From assembly GCF_006345805.1 (NCBI RefSeq), contig NW_021823936.1, positions 1 to 20,613 on the forward strand: a DNA stretch of 20,613 nt, written 5' to 3'. The notes beneath the pieces were generated by a model. It was not told the DNA's origin. It ran no database searches and saw nothing but the letters and a program-made list of their open reading frames with translations. This stretch comes from Octopus sinensis (taxonomy: Eukaryota). The translations under genes and the position numbers were made by a program. Each line of letters begins with the position of its first letter. Position 1 is the stretch's first letter. Below, one piece after another: positions 9,432-20,058 of this stretch.

Positions 9432-9910
9432 GTCTAGGGAACAGCAGATTTGCATAAAACGTGGAAATAAAAGTAAAAGAAAGAACTAAATATACTTGGA
9501 TACATCCTTTAAATCCAATCCCTATAAGGTACTCCGAGGATTTTTAAAGCTTTCCAAAGATACTGGAATGAACATATGTACACATTCACTTGCGTATATG
9601 ACATAAAAATACAAAAAAACATACGTGAAGAATTGATCTTGTACCCCCGTCCCACTTATCTCTCCATCTTTCACCACACTTGGGGCTTCCAGTCACCCTT
9701 TTCCAGCACTAACCATTATGCCCAAATTGTCCTCTCTTATAACATCATCCCTCTGGAGTCTTCTCTCCGTTTCTTTCTTTCTTGCATGAGTCGACTTGCA
9801 ACATATATATATATACATGTATATTGATACATCTATGGATATACCTGCGCGCATATATACATACACATATATATATATACATACACACACATCACACACA
9901 CACACACACG

Positions 9911-9962
<52 letters not shown>

Positions 9963-9964
9963 TA

Positions 9965-10240
9965 CCACGAAGTCTCCCGTCGAAGACGACGTATGAACGT
10001 TCGGCTTTTGCTGAATGACCTGCACAAATGATTTGTTTATGATGAATCAATTGTTCGTGTCGCACATTAACTCACTTTCTCCATCAAATCGAAGTTGCCC
10101 GCACAGGGGCACGGTGTGCCGTGCATCAGGTGTAGAAGTGATCGCAGAGCAACGCGAGATGAAGTGTTTTGATCAAGAACACAACGCCCTACTCGGTCTA
10201 GGAATTGAAATTACAATCGCAAGATCGTCCGAACCACCAG
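9965..10240 (-). mobile_element. SINE related to family 2
   Basis: GAGCAACGCGAGATGAAGTGTTTTGATCAAGAACACAACG is shared with 12490-12530. Confidence 0.7.
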
Positions 10241-10254
10241 GACATCTCTTGTAA

Positions 10255-10542
10255 GTCTAGTCTCTTTTGCCGAACCGCTAAGGTTACGGGGACGTAAACA
10301 CACCAGCATCGGCTGTGAATCGCTGTTGGGAGAGCAAACATACACACACGCACGCGCACACACACACACACACACACACACGACGGGTTTCTCTCAGTTT
10401 CTGTCTACCAAATCCACTCACAAGGCTTTGGTCAGCCCAAGGCTATAGTAGAAGACAGTTGCCAAAGGTGCCACGCAGTAGAACTGGACCCGGAACCATG
10501 TGGTTGGTAAGTAAGCTACTTACCACACAGCCACTCCTGCAC
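10255..10542 (-). mobile_element. SINE family 1, well-preserved, with internal (TG)n and part of the tail
   Basis: Head GCAGGAGTGGCTGTGTGGTAAGTAGCTT... with B-box-like GGTCCAGTTC; aligns to 132-302. Confidence 0.85.
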
Positions 10543-10559
10543 TTATGTACGTATTAATT

Positions 10560-10790
10560 TGTTTGTGTGTGTGTATGTTTGTGTATGTGTATGTTTGTGT
10601 GAGTGTCTTTGTGTATGTGTGTGTTTACTCCCCGCAAGATAACGGTTTGGCAAAAGAAACCAATAAAATACCAGGTTTAAAAAACAAGACAAGTATAGGG
10701 GTCGATTCATTCGATTAAAAATTGTTCGACTAAAAAGAACCTAGCGTGGCCGCAGTCTAATAGCTGAAACAAGTAAAAGATATAAGATCT
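10560..10790 (+). mobile_element. SINE family 1 3' half
   Basis: (TG)n then GTTTACTCCCCG...CGGTTTGGCAAAAGA, inverted relative to 10261-10300, then GGGGTCGATT...GCCGCAGTCTAATAGCTGAAACAAGTAAAAGA. Confidence 0.75.
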
Positions 10791-10801
10791 CTCTCTCTCC
10801 T

Positions 10802-10830
<29 letters not shown>

Positions 10831-10866
<36 letters not shown>

Positions 10867-11368
10867 ATATAAAACTGTAGTTGTCTGAGTGTCTGTCTCT
10901 TAAGATTTAGATTCCTAACTACTCCCACATTTAGCGGTGCAGTTTAAAACCAAATTCGGGTATCTTATAGTCGTGATTCATATCGAGCCCGTCTACAATG
11001 AGTCTAACTATTTTAAAAATAATTTAACATCTTTTTTTCCATTTTAAACGCATATTTTTTCGTGTGTCGATGGCGGCGGAGTTGGCGTCCATGGTCACAC
11101 ACCTGCACCTGTGTTGCTTCTCCCCCTTCTTCCCTCCCTCGTGAAGCTGTGAGGAAGGAAGTGTAAGGAAATTAACGTCGTAAAGCGTTGTCAAGGAGAC
11201 CAGCGTTCTTTTAGAACAACGACTTCATGGCTTGAAGACACCAAAATTACCATCATTTTTTATTCCATTTTTAAATGCTTTTTTTGCTATTTTGTTGCTA
11301 TAACTCACTAAAAATGCTATATAGTTATTTCCCTTACAAACCCGAGCAACGCCGGGCGATACTGCTAG
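10831..11368 (+). mobile_element. non-autonomous Helitron-like element
   Basis: 3' end has the hairpin CCCGAGCAACGCCGGG (11341-11356), 8 nt, then CTAG|T (11365-11369). The 5' end is probably TCTATATA...TAAAACTGTAG at 10831 and is less certain. Confidence 0.65.
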
Positions 11369-11389
11369 TATATATATATAATATTATGC

Positions 11390-11442
<53 letters not shown>

Positions 11443-11949
11443 TAAATGTTCGCGTGTGTGTGTGTGTGTGGTGTGTGTGTGTGTTGTATACGCTCGAAAT
11501 GAGAGTTAAACTCTCATTTGGACCACCCAAAAATTTTCACTGTACGTTGCGCCGCATAGATAAATCAAGGGTAGGGCAGAAAGAACACAACAAATGGAAA
11601 TCCAACAAAAAACAACATACGGAAAAAATAGACGATCACATAGCAAACGGAAACTGGACGAAAAACAAAATACGCGGAGCATTCGCAGCCGATTCCCTCG
11701 TCAGTCAGTGACCGGATAGTCCTAGCAGTTTCGCAGTTTTTTACCACCGAGACCGCTCGAATCCGGCAAGTGCTAGAACATTAAGCAAAAAAAGAATTAA
11801 GCTTCTGTGAAAAGCAAACAAAAATGTATACAAAAAGGAAAACAAGAACAAGAAAGCTAGAATTATACACAAACTACAGACGAACGTCTTTTGGCTATAC
11901 AACAAACGCACACCTTTCGGCTATATATATATAATATATATATATATAT

Positions 11950-12185
11950 ATGCCTATAATAAGGGATGACCTCTAAGTAGATATCCAATATGCTAGAAGA
12001 AGATCGCCTACGTAAGTAAAATCGTTAATGACGAAACCATTAATTCTGTATTTTGCATATTTTCATCTGTTTTGGTGTTTGCTGAATTTCTCTAGAGAAC
12101 ATTCTTTTCCTTGTAGTTAGATCGTATGTGATGTTCTTCTAGCATATTGGATGTCCACTTAGTGGTCATCCTTTATTATACGCAT
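11950..12185. mobile_element. MITE-like fold-back element with about 55-bp TIRs
   Basis: 11952-12005 matches the reverse complement of 12130-12183 at 48 of 54 positions. Confidence 0.8.
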
Positions 12186-12324
12186 GTATTACAATTTTCT
12201 GAATTTTCAGATTTTTTTATATGCTAATCTACTGGTTTTAAATTGATGTTAATTAAATTAATATTCAATTTATCACCCTCATTATTTAAAATTTTATATT
12301 TATATATATATCACGTGATCACCC

Positions 12325-12607
12325 AAACTGTCGTCGGATGTTGTTATACATTGCTGGTCACAATGCGTTTCCTCACACTGTTATAGCTTTCAGATAATGC
12401 CGCCCTGCCGGCAAGGCAAGAAGTCCAACAATCCCCTGATCGGAAGGCTAGTCCGTCGCAGGGTTAAGCATTTACAGCTAACTTGATTGGAGCAACGCGA
12501 AATGAAGTGCCTTGCTCAAGAACACAACGTGCTGCCCGATCCCTGAATCGACCCCCGCAATCTAGCTATTGTGAATGCAACACCATAAACATTGGGCTAC
12601 GCGTCTC
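12325..12607 (-). mobile_element. degraded SINE related to family 2
   Basis: Shares the GAGCAACGCGAAATGAAGTGCCTTGCTCAAGAACACAACG core. A decayed tRNA-like head ends near 12605. Confidence 0.7.
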
Positions 12608-12650
12608 CAATACACATACACGCACACACACACACACATACACACACATA

Positions 12651-12686
<36 letters not shown>

Positions 12687-12704
12687 CACCCACCCACGCA
12701 CTCA

Positions 12705-12736
<32 letters not shown>

Positions 12737-12739
<3 letters not shown>

Positions 12740-13839
12740 GGGTTGGACAAAATAATGGAAACACCTAGCGTCATAGTATCATAATTGTGAAATATCTATA
12801 AAACCGTCAAAAGCTTGTTTATTTTTATGTTTTTTGATTTATTATTAGTGTTGCTTAATATGTTTTGCTAAAATTGCTGTTTCTTTTCACATATCATCAG
12901 AAAAAAGTAATTAAAATTCTCGAAAGAAATGACAACCTTGGAGAAAGAGCGAAGAACCTCCTCGTCAAAACAAAACTCCAGAAGAAAACCAAAACTTCCA
13001 GATAGGGACTGTTGGAATCTGATGTGAATTGTTAGAAAGGATCACAAAAGTACAGCTCCCAAAATTACTGCAGAGCTTAATGACCACATCGAGGACCCAG
13101 TTTCCACAAAAACTGTCCGCCAGGAGCGGCACAAAGCCGGATTTCACCGGAGGGCTGCAATGAGAAAACCACTACTTTCAAAAGCAAAAATTGCGAAATA
13201 TTTACAGTGGAGTAAAAACCTAAAGTAATAGTCCCTAGAGCAGTGGAAGAATGTTATTTTCTCGGACGAGTGATCCTTTACATTATTTCTGACCACCTGC
13301 TTTCTTCCAACTGTTAAACATGGAAGAGGATTTGTGATGATCGGGGAGGGGGTTATCTTGAAAATCCACCGGTTTGGTTTCCTTTCATGGCACAATTAAT
13401 AGTCAAGACTATTTAAGCATTTTATCTGATCAAATTCATTCTATGGTTACGGAACTGTTTCCGGAAGGAAACGCAATCTTTCAAGATGATAATGCACCTA
13501 TTCACACAGTTTAAGTTGTTACTGAATAGCATGAGGAACATTCTAGTGAAGGCGAACGTCTTATCTGGCCACCACAATCCCCAGATCTCAATATTATTGA
13601 ACTTTTATGGTGCATTTTAGAAAAACAAGTAAGGAGTCAATATCCTCCACCATCATCACTACAAGAACTGAAGACTGTTTAGATGAAGAATGGGCAAAAT
13701 TCCTTTGGAAACAATTCAAACTTTGTACGAGTCCATACCTCATAGGATTCAAGCTGTAAGTACTGCCAAAGGCGGTCTTACTCCATATTAAAATAAATTG
13801 GTTTGAAAACTTTAGGTGTTCCCATTATTTTGTCCAACC

Positions 13840-13842
<3 letters not shown>
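12737..13842 (+). mobile_element. Tc1-family DNA transposon, internally deleted, DD36E type
   Basis: TIRs CAGGGGTTGGACAAAATAATGGAAACACCT (12737-12766) and reverse complement CAGGGTTGGACAAAATAATGGGAACACCT (13814-13842). Flanked by TA inside (TA)n. Confidence 0.95.
12929..13791 (+). pseudogene. Tc1-like transposase pseudogene
   Basis: WKNVIFSDE (D at 13265), FQDDNAPIHT (D at 13488), WPPQSPDLNIIE (E at 13599), and C-terminal ...AKGGLTPY*. Several stops, frameshifts and an internal deletion. Confidence 0.92.
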
Positions 13843-13888
<46 letters not shown>

Positions 13889-15690
13889 GTGTGTTGTGTG
13901 TGTGTATGTGTGTGGTGTGTGTGTGTGTATGTGTGTTGTGTGTGTGTGTGTTTGTGTTTGAATTCCTACATGAAATATTCTAGTTTGCATTTTGTACTTG
14001 CCTATTCAAGAACTACCACGAAGAGATGTGTAATTCCATTAAATCCGATACACACTCTTCCTCACTACTAAGATCTTACTCCTCGCTACCTTCACACCCA
14101 TACTCATTGTGTATTAATACAGCTTCTACATATACACATATCCTATTGTGACCACATTTTTCGCTTACATATGCATATAAACACAGTTTTATACATCTAT
14201 CACCTTGTCCGCTTGACACATACACGTTCACCATCATGTTAACGCCTACATAATCACACATACAGTCATGCAGTATCGCGCATGCCTGCACAGATCTACT
14301 CTTAACACATGCACGTACATTCAAACACATTCAACCACCGTTTTGTCTGTTTAGCTCATACACACCGGCAGGTGGATGCCTCACCACACATATATTGTTC
14401 ATACACATTCATTCACACACATGCTTATACTGGCACTCATGTATATGTCCCAACTTTCCACTTGTGCATGCATAAATACACACACACACACACACCGGTA
14501 CGTGGATGGACCCCACCGCATGTATATTCACTTACACAAATTCTTCCTCCCCTCGCTACTTCTGCTTTCGTTGACAATTGCAAATAATAAAACACACACA
14601 CACACACACACACACACAACTGCTGCATCCCTCCCTCTACTTTCCACTCTTTTTTCACAAGAGATATATTCTGTTTACAATGTCATCTTTTACGCTATGT
14701 GCATCAATTAAAAAAAAAAAAAGAAGCCAAGTTCTAATTTCAAACCTGTTTAATTCATCGATTTCTTCCCTGTGGACGATACCAGCTTATCCCCATAGTT
14801 ATCTCTTGTCTGAAGAATTTATTAGTTTCTTATCATCCTCTGAATATTCCACCAGCTTCTGGACCTTTTACCAATGTTGCGCAACTTTTACCATTTTCGT
14901 TGACCATACAGAAATCTTACATATTTTCTCTTATTCACTTTTTCCTGTTTTATTATAAACCTTCCTGTTTAAACGCTTCACACTCCTACGTAATTTTGAC
15001 ATAAAATTTCATATATCTCTAACGCACACACAAATGGGATTGCTCTCGCCGTCCCATTTATTTCACCAATGTCTTTTTTCCCTCATGGTCACACTCATTC
15101 TCACTTCCTCAAACACATGCTTTATTACCACGCAGTCGACAAATCAAAATCCAACCTCTATCGTATACACACCAAAATCCCTGAAGATGGGCCGGCAAAA
15201 GTAAAATGCTCTTCCCTTATGACGAACTTCAGACAGGAAAGAAAACTATTCTCCTCCAGGATAAGAATCAAAGAATTGCTGTACGGACTTGAGTGATTAC
15301 GCAACCCGACTCCAGGCCATAATTCACTCTCTCCTTGTACTAGCTTCCCATTACCGATCATCCCGGATCTCGACGAATAACAAGATCGAATCAACCGCTT
15401 CCCAGCGTTACGTCGCTTGTTCTGTCGCTTTCGGTCCTAACGTTTTCCTTCCTCCTTTACTTCTAATTCTGACATCACCCTTCACTCCGCCACAACCTCA
15501 CAACCTCCACCTGTGCGTGTATACTTCCACACTTGCTCTTATCTAACAATATACATACATCAACACACGCACTAGTCGTTTCTTATGGTCGTTTCAGGAC
15601 ACTTGCAATACTATACATGCATCTCCACATCCATTCTTTACTCCCCTCCTCACTTCTCCACTCCCCCACAAAAGAAAATACCCCACCTAG

Positions 15691-15803
15691 TTTCTTCTTC
15701 TTCTTCTTCTTCTTCTTCTTCTTCTTCTTCTTCTTCTCTTCTTCTTCTTTCTCCTTCTTCTTTTTCTTCTTCTTCTTCTTTTCTTCTTCTTCTTCTTCTT
15801 CTT
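15691..15803. repeat. (TTC)n trinucleotide tract
   Basis: Read directly from the sequence. Confidence 0.95.
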
Positions 15804-15951
15804 CGACCTTCTTTCTTCTTGTTGATTGACTATTTCTCCTTTTTCACTTGCTCTAAATTTCCCTCTCTTTCCGAATGAAGGATTAGCGTTCGAAACGGAG
15901 AGCTACTTTCTCTTCCCATTAAAATATTAAGCTAATGATTTGTATGTATAT

Positions 15952-15953
15952 AC

Positions 15954-15989
<36 letters not shown>

Positions 15990-16078
15990 ACGTATGTATG
16001 TATGCGTGTGTCTGTCTGTCCTGTCTGTCCGTCCGTCCGTCCATCCGTCCATCCATCGATCCATCCATCTATCTATCC

Positions 16079-16152
<74 letters not shown>

Positions 16153-16159
16153 ATATCTC

Positions 16160-16192
<33 letters not shown>

Positions 16193-16195
16193 ATG

Positions 16196-16277
<82 letters not shown>
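15952..16277. repeat. compound microsatellite (TG)n-(TCTG)n-(TCCA)n-(CTAT)n
   Basis: Read directly from the sequence. Confidence 0.95.
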
Positions 16278-16472
16278 GACTGACGTGTTGTCACCTCGTT
16301 TATTTTGACTATTTATAGCCCATATTTTGTGTACATTTTTGTAAATAAGGTGTGTAATTCACCCAACTTTCATTTGAGTGCTTTTCCAAGGGAGGAATTC
16401 GCCTCTAGGGGCAGTTTCAAGGGCATTTTCAACCCTATTTAATTTGTGTATTTTTCTTCTCGACATTAAAAA

Positions 16473-16765
16473 ATGTCGAGAAATGTTATTGTAGAACGCT
16501 GGTCGCGTTCCTTTATGGACCAGCATTTTCCTAGACTTAAAACGCTAGGTGAAAAAAAGAATTTATGCACGCACACACATTCGACAAAGACAAGCCTGAG
16601 TGACGTGGTAATGAACGCTGCAACCACTTGCGGTAACCGCCCTGTCACCACCACCACCACTAACAACAACAAGAACGAGACTACTACTGCTACCACCTCC
16701 ACCACCACCACCACCACGACCAACATAAATGATAAAAATGAAACTCACGCGGATATGTCTGTCTG

Positions 16766-16823
<58 letters not shown>

Positions 16824-18441
16824 GACTGATGTGTTGTCACCTCGTTTATTTTGATTATTTATAGCCCATATTTTGTGTACAAAAACAACAACAACAACAA
16901 AAACAACAATAAAAATGAAATAAATATCTTACTATCTAATAGTGAATCAACAACACCAGTAAATTTCGCTGACACTGCGCCAGAAAAAAGAAATAGTAAA
17001 ATTTAAAAATGAAGAGTTAATAGAAACGAGAGCACTCTTTACAACCAAAGGGCACGATTTAGTGCTGCATACACCTCAACACATAAAGGAACAAATAGAA
17101 AATAAGACAATTGTATAAAATTATAAGAAAAAACAAAATGAACAGATTACAAAAACGGACATAGAAAAGTGTTTAAAAAGCATAATGAAAAAAAAAGAAT
17201 ATATAAACAGGATCCCCAGTTTAATACAGTGGTGGTCCGCTTCCTAACAGGAAATGACAAAACTCACTCTACGGAGTCTTCGCAAAATGATGAAATCATC
17301 ATGGTACCATATTACAAAGGCCAGAGAGTGAGTAGAATTAGCATTAAAAATGTACCCCCGAGATACCTAACAAATGGATAACAGGGGCAATCTGGTTACC
17401 ATTTGAAAAAGATAAATATATTAGAAACCGCCGTGTACAAAAACGACAATTGGGGTGGTAAAACAATAGTAGTGACCATCCAGATTGAGGGATCTTCTAT
17501 CGAGAACCTACCTGACAGGATCCATTTAGAAAATGGGCAAAGCCTATATGTTTTAGCAGAAGGCAAAAAGCCTAGATGCTACAATTGTGGCAGCCCAGAA
17601 CATTTAATTGCCAAGTGCGCTCTGGCACAGAGAAAACAAGAAAGAACAAATCAGAAAACAAATAAAAAACCTTTGTTGCCAACACCAACACCAACCCAAC
17701 ACACTCAAATATGGAACAATGCCAGAAAAACAACAAACTAGCAAACAAACCCCAACACATCACCAAGAAAAGAAACAGTACCAACACAATCACCGTTCAT
17801 GTCGCAACCATTCAACATACTGAACCAACAAAAGATAGACCAACACCACACACCGAGGACGACAATTAAAAAGACAGAAAACAGTGACGAGAAAACAATT
17901 CTACCTTAACACCAACAACACAACCACAAACACCGCACAAAACATCGACAATTTCTACAAGCATACATATAAACGCAAATGCTTTGCCTTTACCCCCTTC
18001 TGATTCGTCGGACGACGAAAGTTCGACGGAATGGCAAATAGCCACGGGGGTAAAAGGAAAAGATAAAAAAAGCCCACCAAACAAGGAAGTAAAGCAGGGA
18101 GATATTTAACTCAGGACAGCATCCCCCTAGACAATAAAAATCAATGAACCCGCAAAACTACATACACAACTAACTGCAATAAAAAATTAATGGATTACAT
18201 TGCATCCAACACCGACATCTGTGAAGATGACTTTAAGACAAACAATCATCCGCGCACCACACCACCGAAACGCATAAGAATTGTACACATAACACAAACA
18301 CAACACCATACACTGAAAACAATATTTCCAAATGCGGTAGGCGGGTTTCAACGATACCTCTCCAAAAAACTATACAAACACCTCCTCAAAGACACTACAA
18401 AAGAAGAAGAAAAAACTGAGACTTTCGAAATGAGTAAGTGA
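16473..18441 (+). pseudogene. disrupted gag-like ORF1 with CX2CX4HX4C zinc knuckle
   Basis: Fragments 16473.., 17169.., 17403.. and 18190..18441. CYNCGSPEHLIAKC at 17577-17618. Interrupted by stops, frameshifts and the 16746-16881 insert. Confidence 0.8.
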
Positions 18442-18507
18442 CCTTCCCTCTTGCCTCTTGTCTCTTCCAAAATAGTGTGTGAAACACAATTTTCGTAAAC
18501 GTCAATT

Positions 18508-20058
18508 ATGCTTAAATTAGGTTGTGTGAATGCGCGTGGCCTGGCGTCGGCTTGGAAGCAAGGTTACCTTCTAAACGACATCAAGTCACTGAACGTGGAT
18601 ATAGTAGCTATCAGTGAAACTAGACTCAGCAAGCCGCGGGCCCTCGCGTCCATGTTTGGCGATCAATTTGACATTTATTTTTCTCCTTGTCTGCCGAAGA
18701 TGGGTGGTGGAGGTACCGCGGTGCCTTTTCGAAAGAGTCTAAATGTAAAAGTAAGAAGAATATTCCTAGACCCGGAGGGTAGGCTGGTTGTCTTGGACGT
18801 GGATGGCAGAAGTGGGTGTGCATTCCGTCTGATGGCAGTTTATGCACCGTCCTTAACGGGTCGGGCGGATTTCTTCAGACGTCTAGAGGTTTTCCTGGGT
18901 ACGTCTAGACATTTACTGTTAGTAGGGGATTGGAACGTTACCTTGGACACGCATCTAGATTATGTGGGAAGGGATAGGAATAGAAGGGGGTGTAAGTGCC
19001 TCAAAGACCTACTCAGACGTTTTCATTTGTCTGACAGGTTCCGACTCGACCATCCGAACGTGCCAACGTGGACTTGGACAAACCGCGTCGGATCGTCGAG
19101 ATCTTATATAGATAGAATTCTATGCAGGACAGCGGATAGGGATAGTGTAGGATGTCCACAATTTAAAATAGTCAGCTACACAGATCACAAATTTGTGACG
19201 TGTACGCTCGACTTAGATAAGACGCATAGACAGGGTCCCGGTTACTGGAAACTGAACACGTCGCTCTTAGCGCGACAGGTTTACAGGAACCGGATTAGCG
19301 AGTTAATTAAGAGGGCGCTGGCGGAAGCCGTCGTTAACAACCGCTGGTGGTTCGCCCTGAAAATGGCAATAAAATCGGAATCAATTAGGTTTAGCAAGGA
19401 ATTAGCGATAGATCGAAATAGAGTAGAGGGAGACCTGGTTAAGAAACTAGAAGAGGCACTTACCACTGGCAGCGCAACCAACGTGCTGGCTGCGAGGATG
19501 GCCCTCGACCAACACCTCAACGCCAAGCACGAAGGTTGCGTCGTCAGAGCTAAAATGCGTGCCTTACGGAACGAAGGGATCGAAGCTGCGAGAGAGGCCC
19601 GGGTAGCGGAGGCGCAGCGTGGCAACAGAGCCACCATTCGGTCTATAATAGATCAAAAGGGATGCAGTTTACTCGAACCCGAAAGGATGTGTGAGGCCTT
19701 TCAACAGCACTTTGCTCGACTGTTTGGTGTGAGTGGTGGGTCGGAACGCGGGATGGACTTCAGTGCCTACCTGACCGACCTGCCGCGGCTCTCGGCAAGA
19801 GAAGCGGAGTGTTGTGGAAGTCCCATCACAGCCGCTGACGTGTGGGATGCGATGGCGGGCTGCGAGAGGGATAAGTCGCCTGGATTGGATGGTTTACCCT
19901 ACGAGCTGTATTGTCAAATGCCAGACTTGTTTGGCGACCTCTTGGCATCAGTCTACTGCAACTGGCAACAAAACGGGAGAATCCCCGGTTTCGTGAGGCG
20001 GAGTGAAGTGAGTGGCGTTGCTGAAGAAAGACCCAAACAAGGGGAATTTTATAGATAA
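18508..20058 (+). CDS. LINE ORF2 N-terminal part: apurinic-type endonuclease, linker and RT start (516 aa open)
   Basis: APE motifs VNARG, ISETR, VYAP, GDWN, IDRIL, TDHK; then GYWKLN and KSPGLDGLPYELY. Homology leaves this frame at about 20010. Confidence 0.9.
   Translation: MLKLGCVNARGLASAWKQGYLLNDIKSLNVDIVAISETRLSKPRALASMFGDQFDIYFSPCLPKMGGGGTAVPFRKSLNVKVRRIFLDPEGRLVVLDVDGRSGCAFRLMAVYAPSLTGRADFFRRLEVFLGTSRHLLLVGDWNVTLDTHLDYVGRDRNRRGCKCLKDLLRRFHLSDRFRLDHPNVPTWTWTNRVGSSRSYIDRILCRTADRDSVGCPQFKIVSYTDHKFVTCTLDLDKTHRQGPGYWKLNTSLLARQVYRNRISELIKRALAEAVVNNRWWFALKMAIKSESIRFSKELAIDRNRVEGDLVKKLEEALTTGSATNVLAARMALDQHLNAKHEGCVVRAKMRALRNEGIEAAREARVAEAQRGNRATIRSIIDQKGCSLLEPERMCEAFQQHFARLFGVSGGSERGMDFSAYLTDLPRLSAREAECCGSPITAADVWDAMAGCERDKSPGLDGLPYELYCQMPDLFGDLLASVYCNWQQNGRIPGFVRRSEVSGVAEERPKQGEFYR

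Noticed and set aside
11690-11770. CTGACGA and GAAAC motifs on the minus strand
   Set aside because: Stems II and III cannot be formed in either the type I or type II arrangement.
132-12607. tRNA genes at the A/B-box motifs; CRISPR array at the 7800-8372 repeats
   Set aside because: The boxes belong to SINE heads without a full cloverleaf. The repeats are SINE units without unique spacers, in eukaryotic DNA.
15060-15550. ORFs 15069..15296 and 15289..15546 as Penelope or host coding remnants
   Set aside because: No motif recognisable with confidence.
16406-16437. Minus-strand TAGGG-TTGAAAA...GAAA...CCCTA as a third U3-A8 hammerhead
   Set aside because: No stem II pairing and no UH cleavage site; better explained as a 12-bp tandem repeat.
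1636-16829. Dozens of ORFs with poly-K/M, YI, HT, CV, YVCM, SIYL or poly-F/S translations
   Set aside because: They are translations of stop-free microsatellites, not genes.
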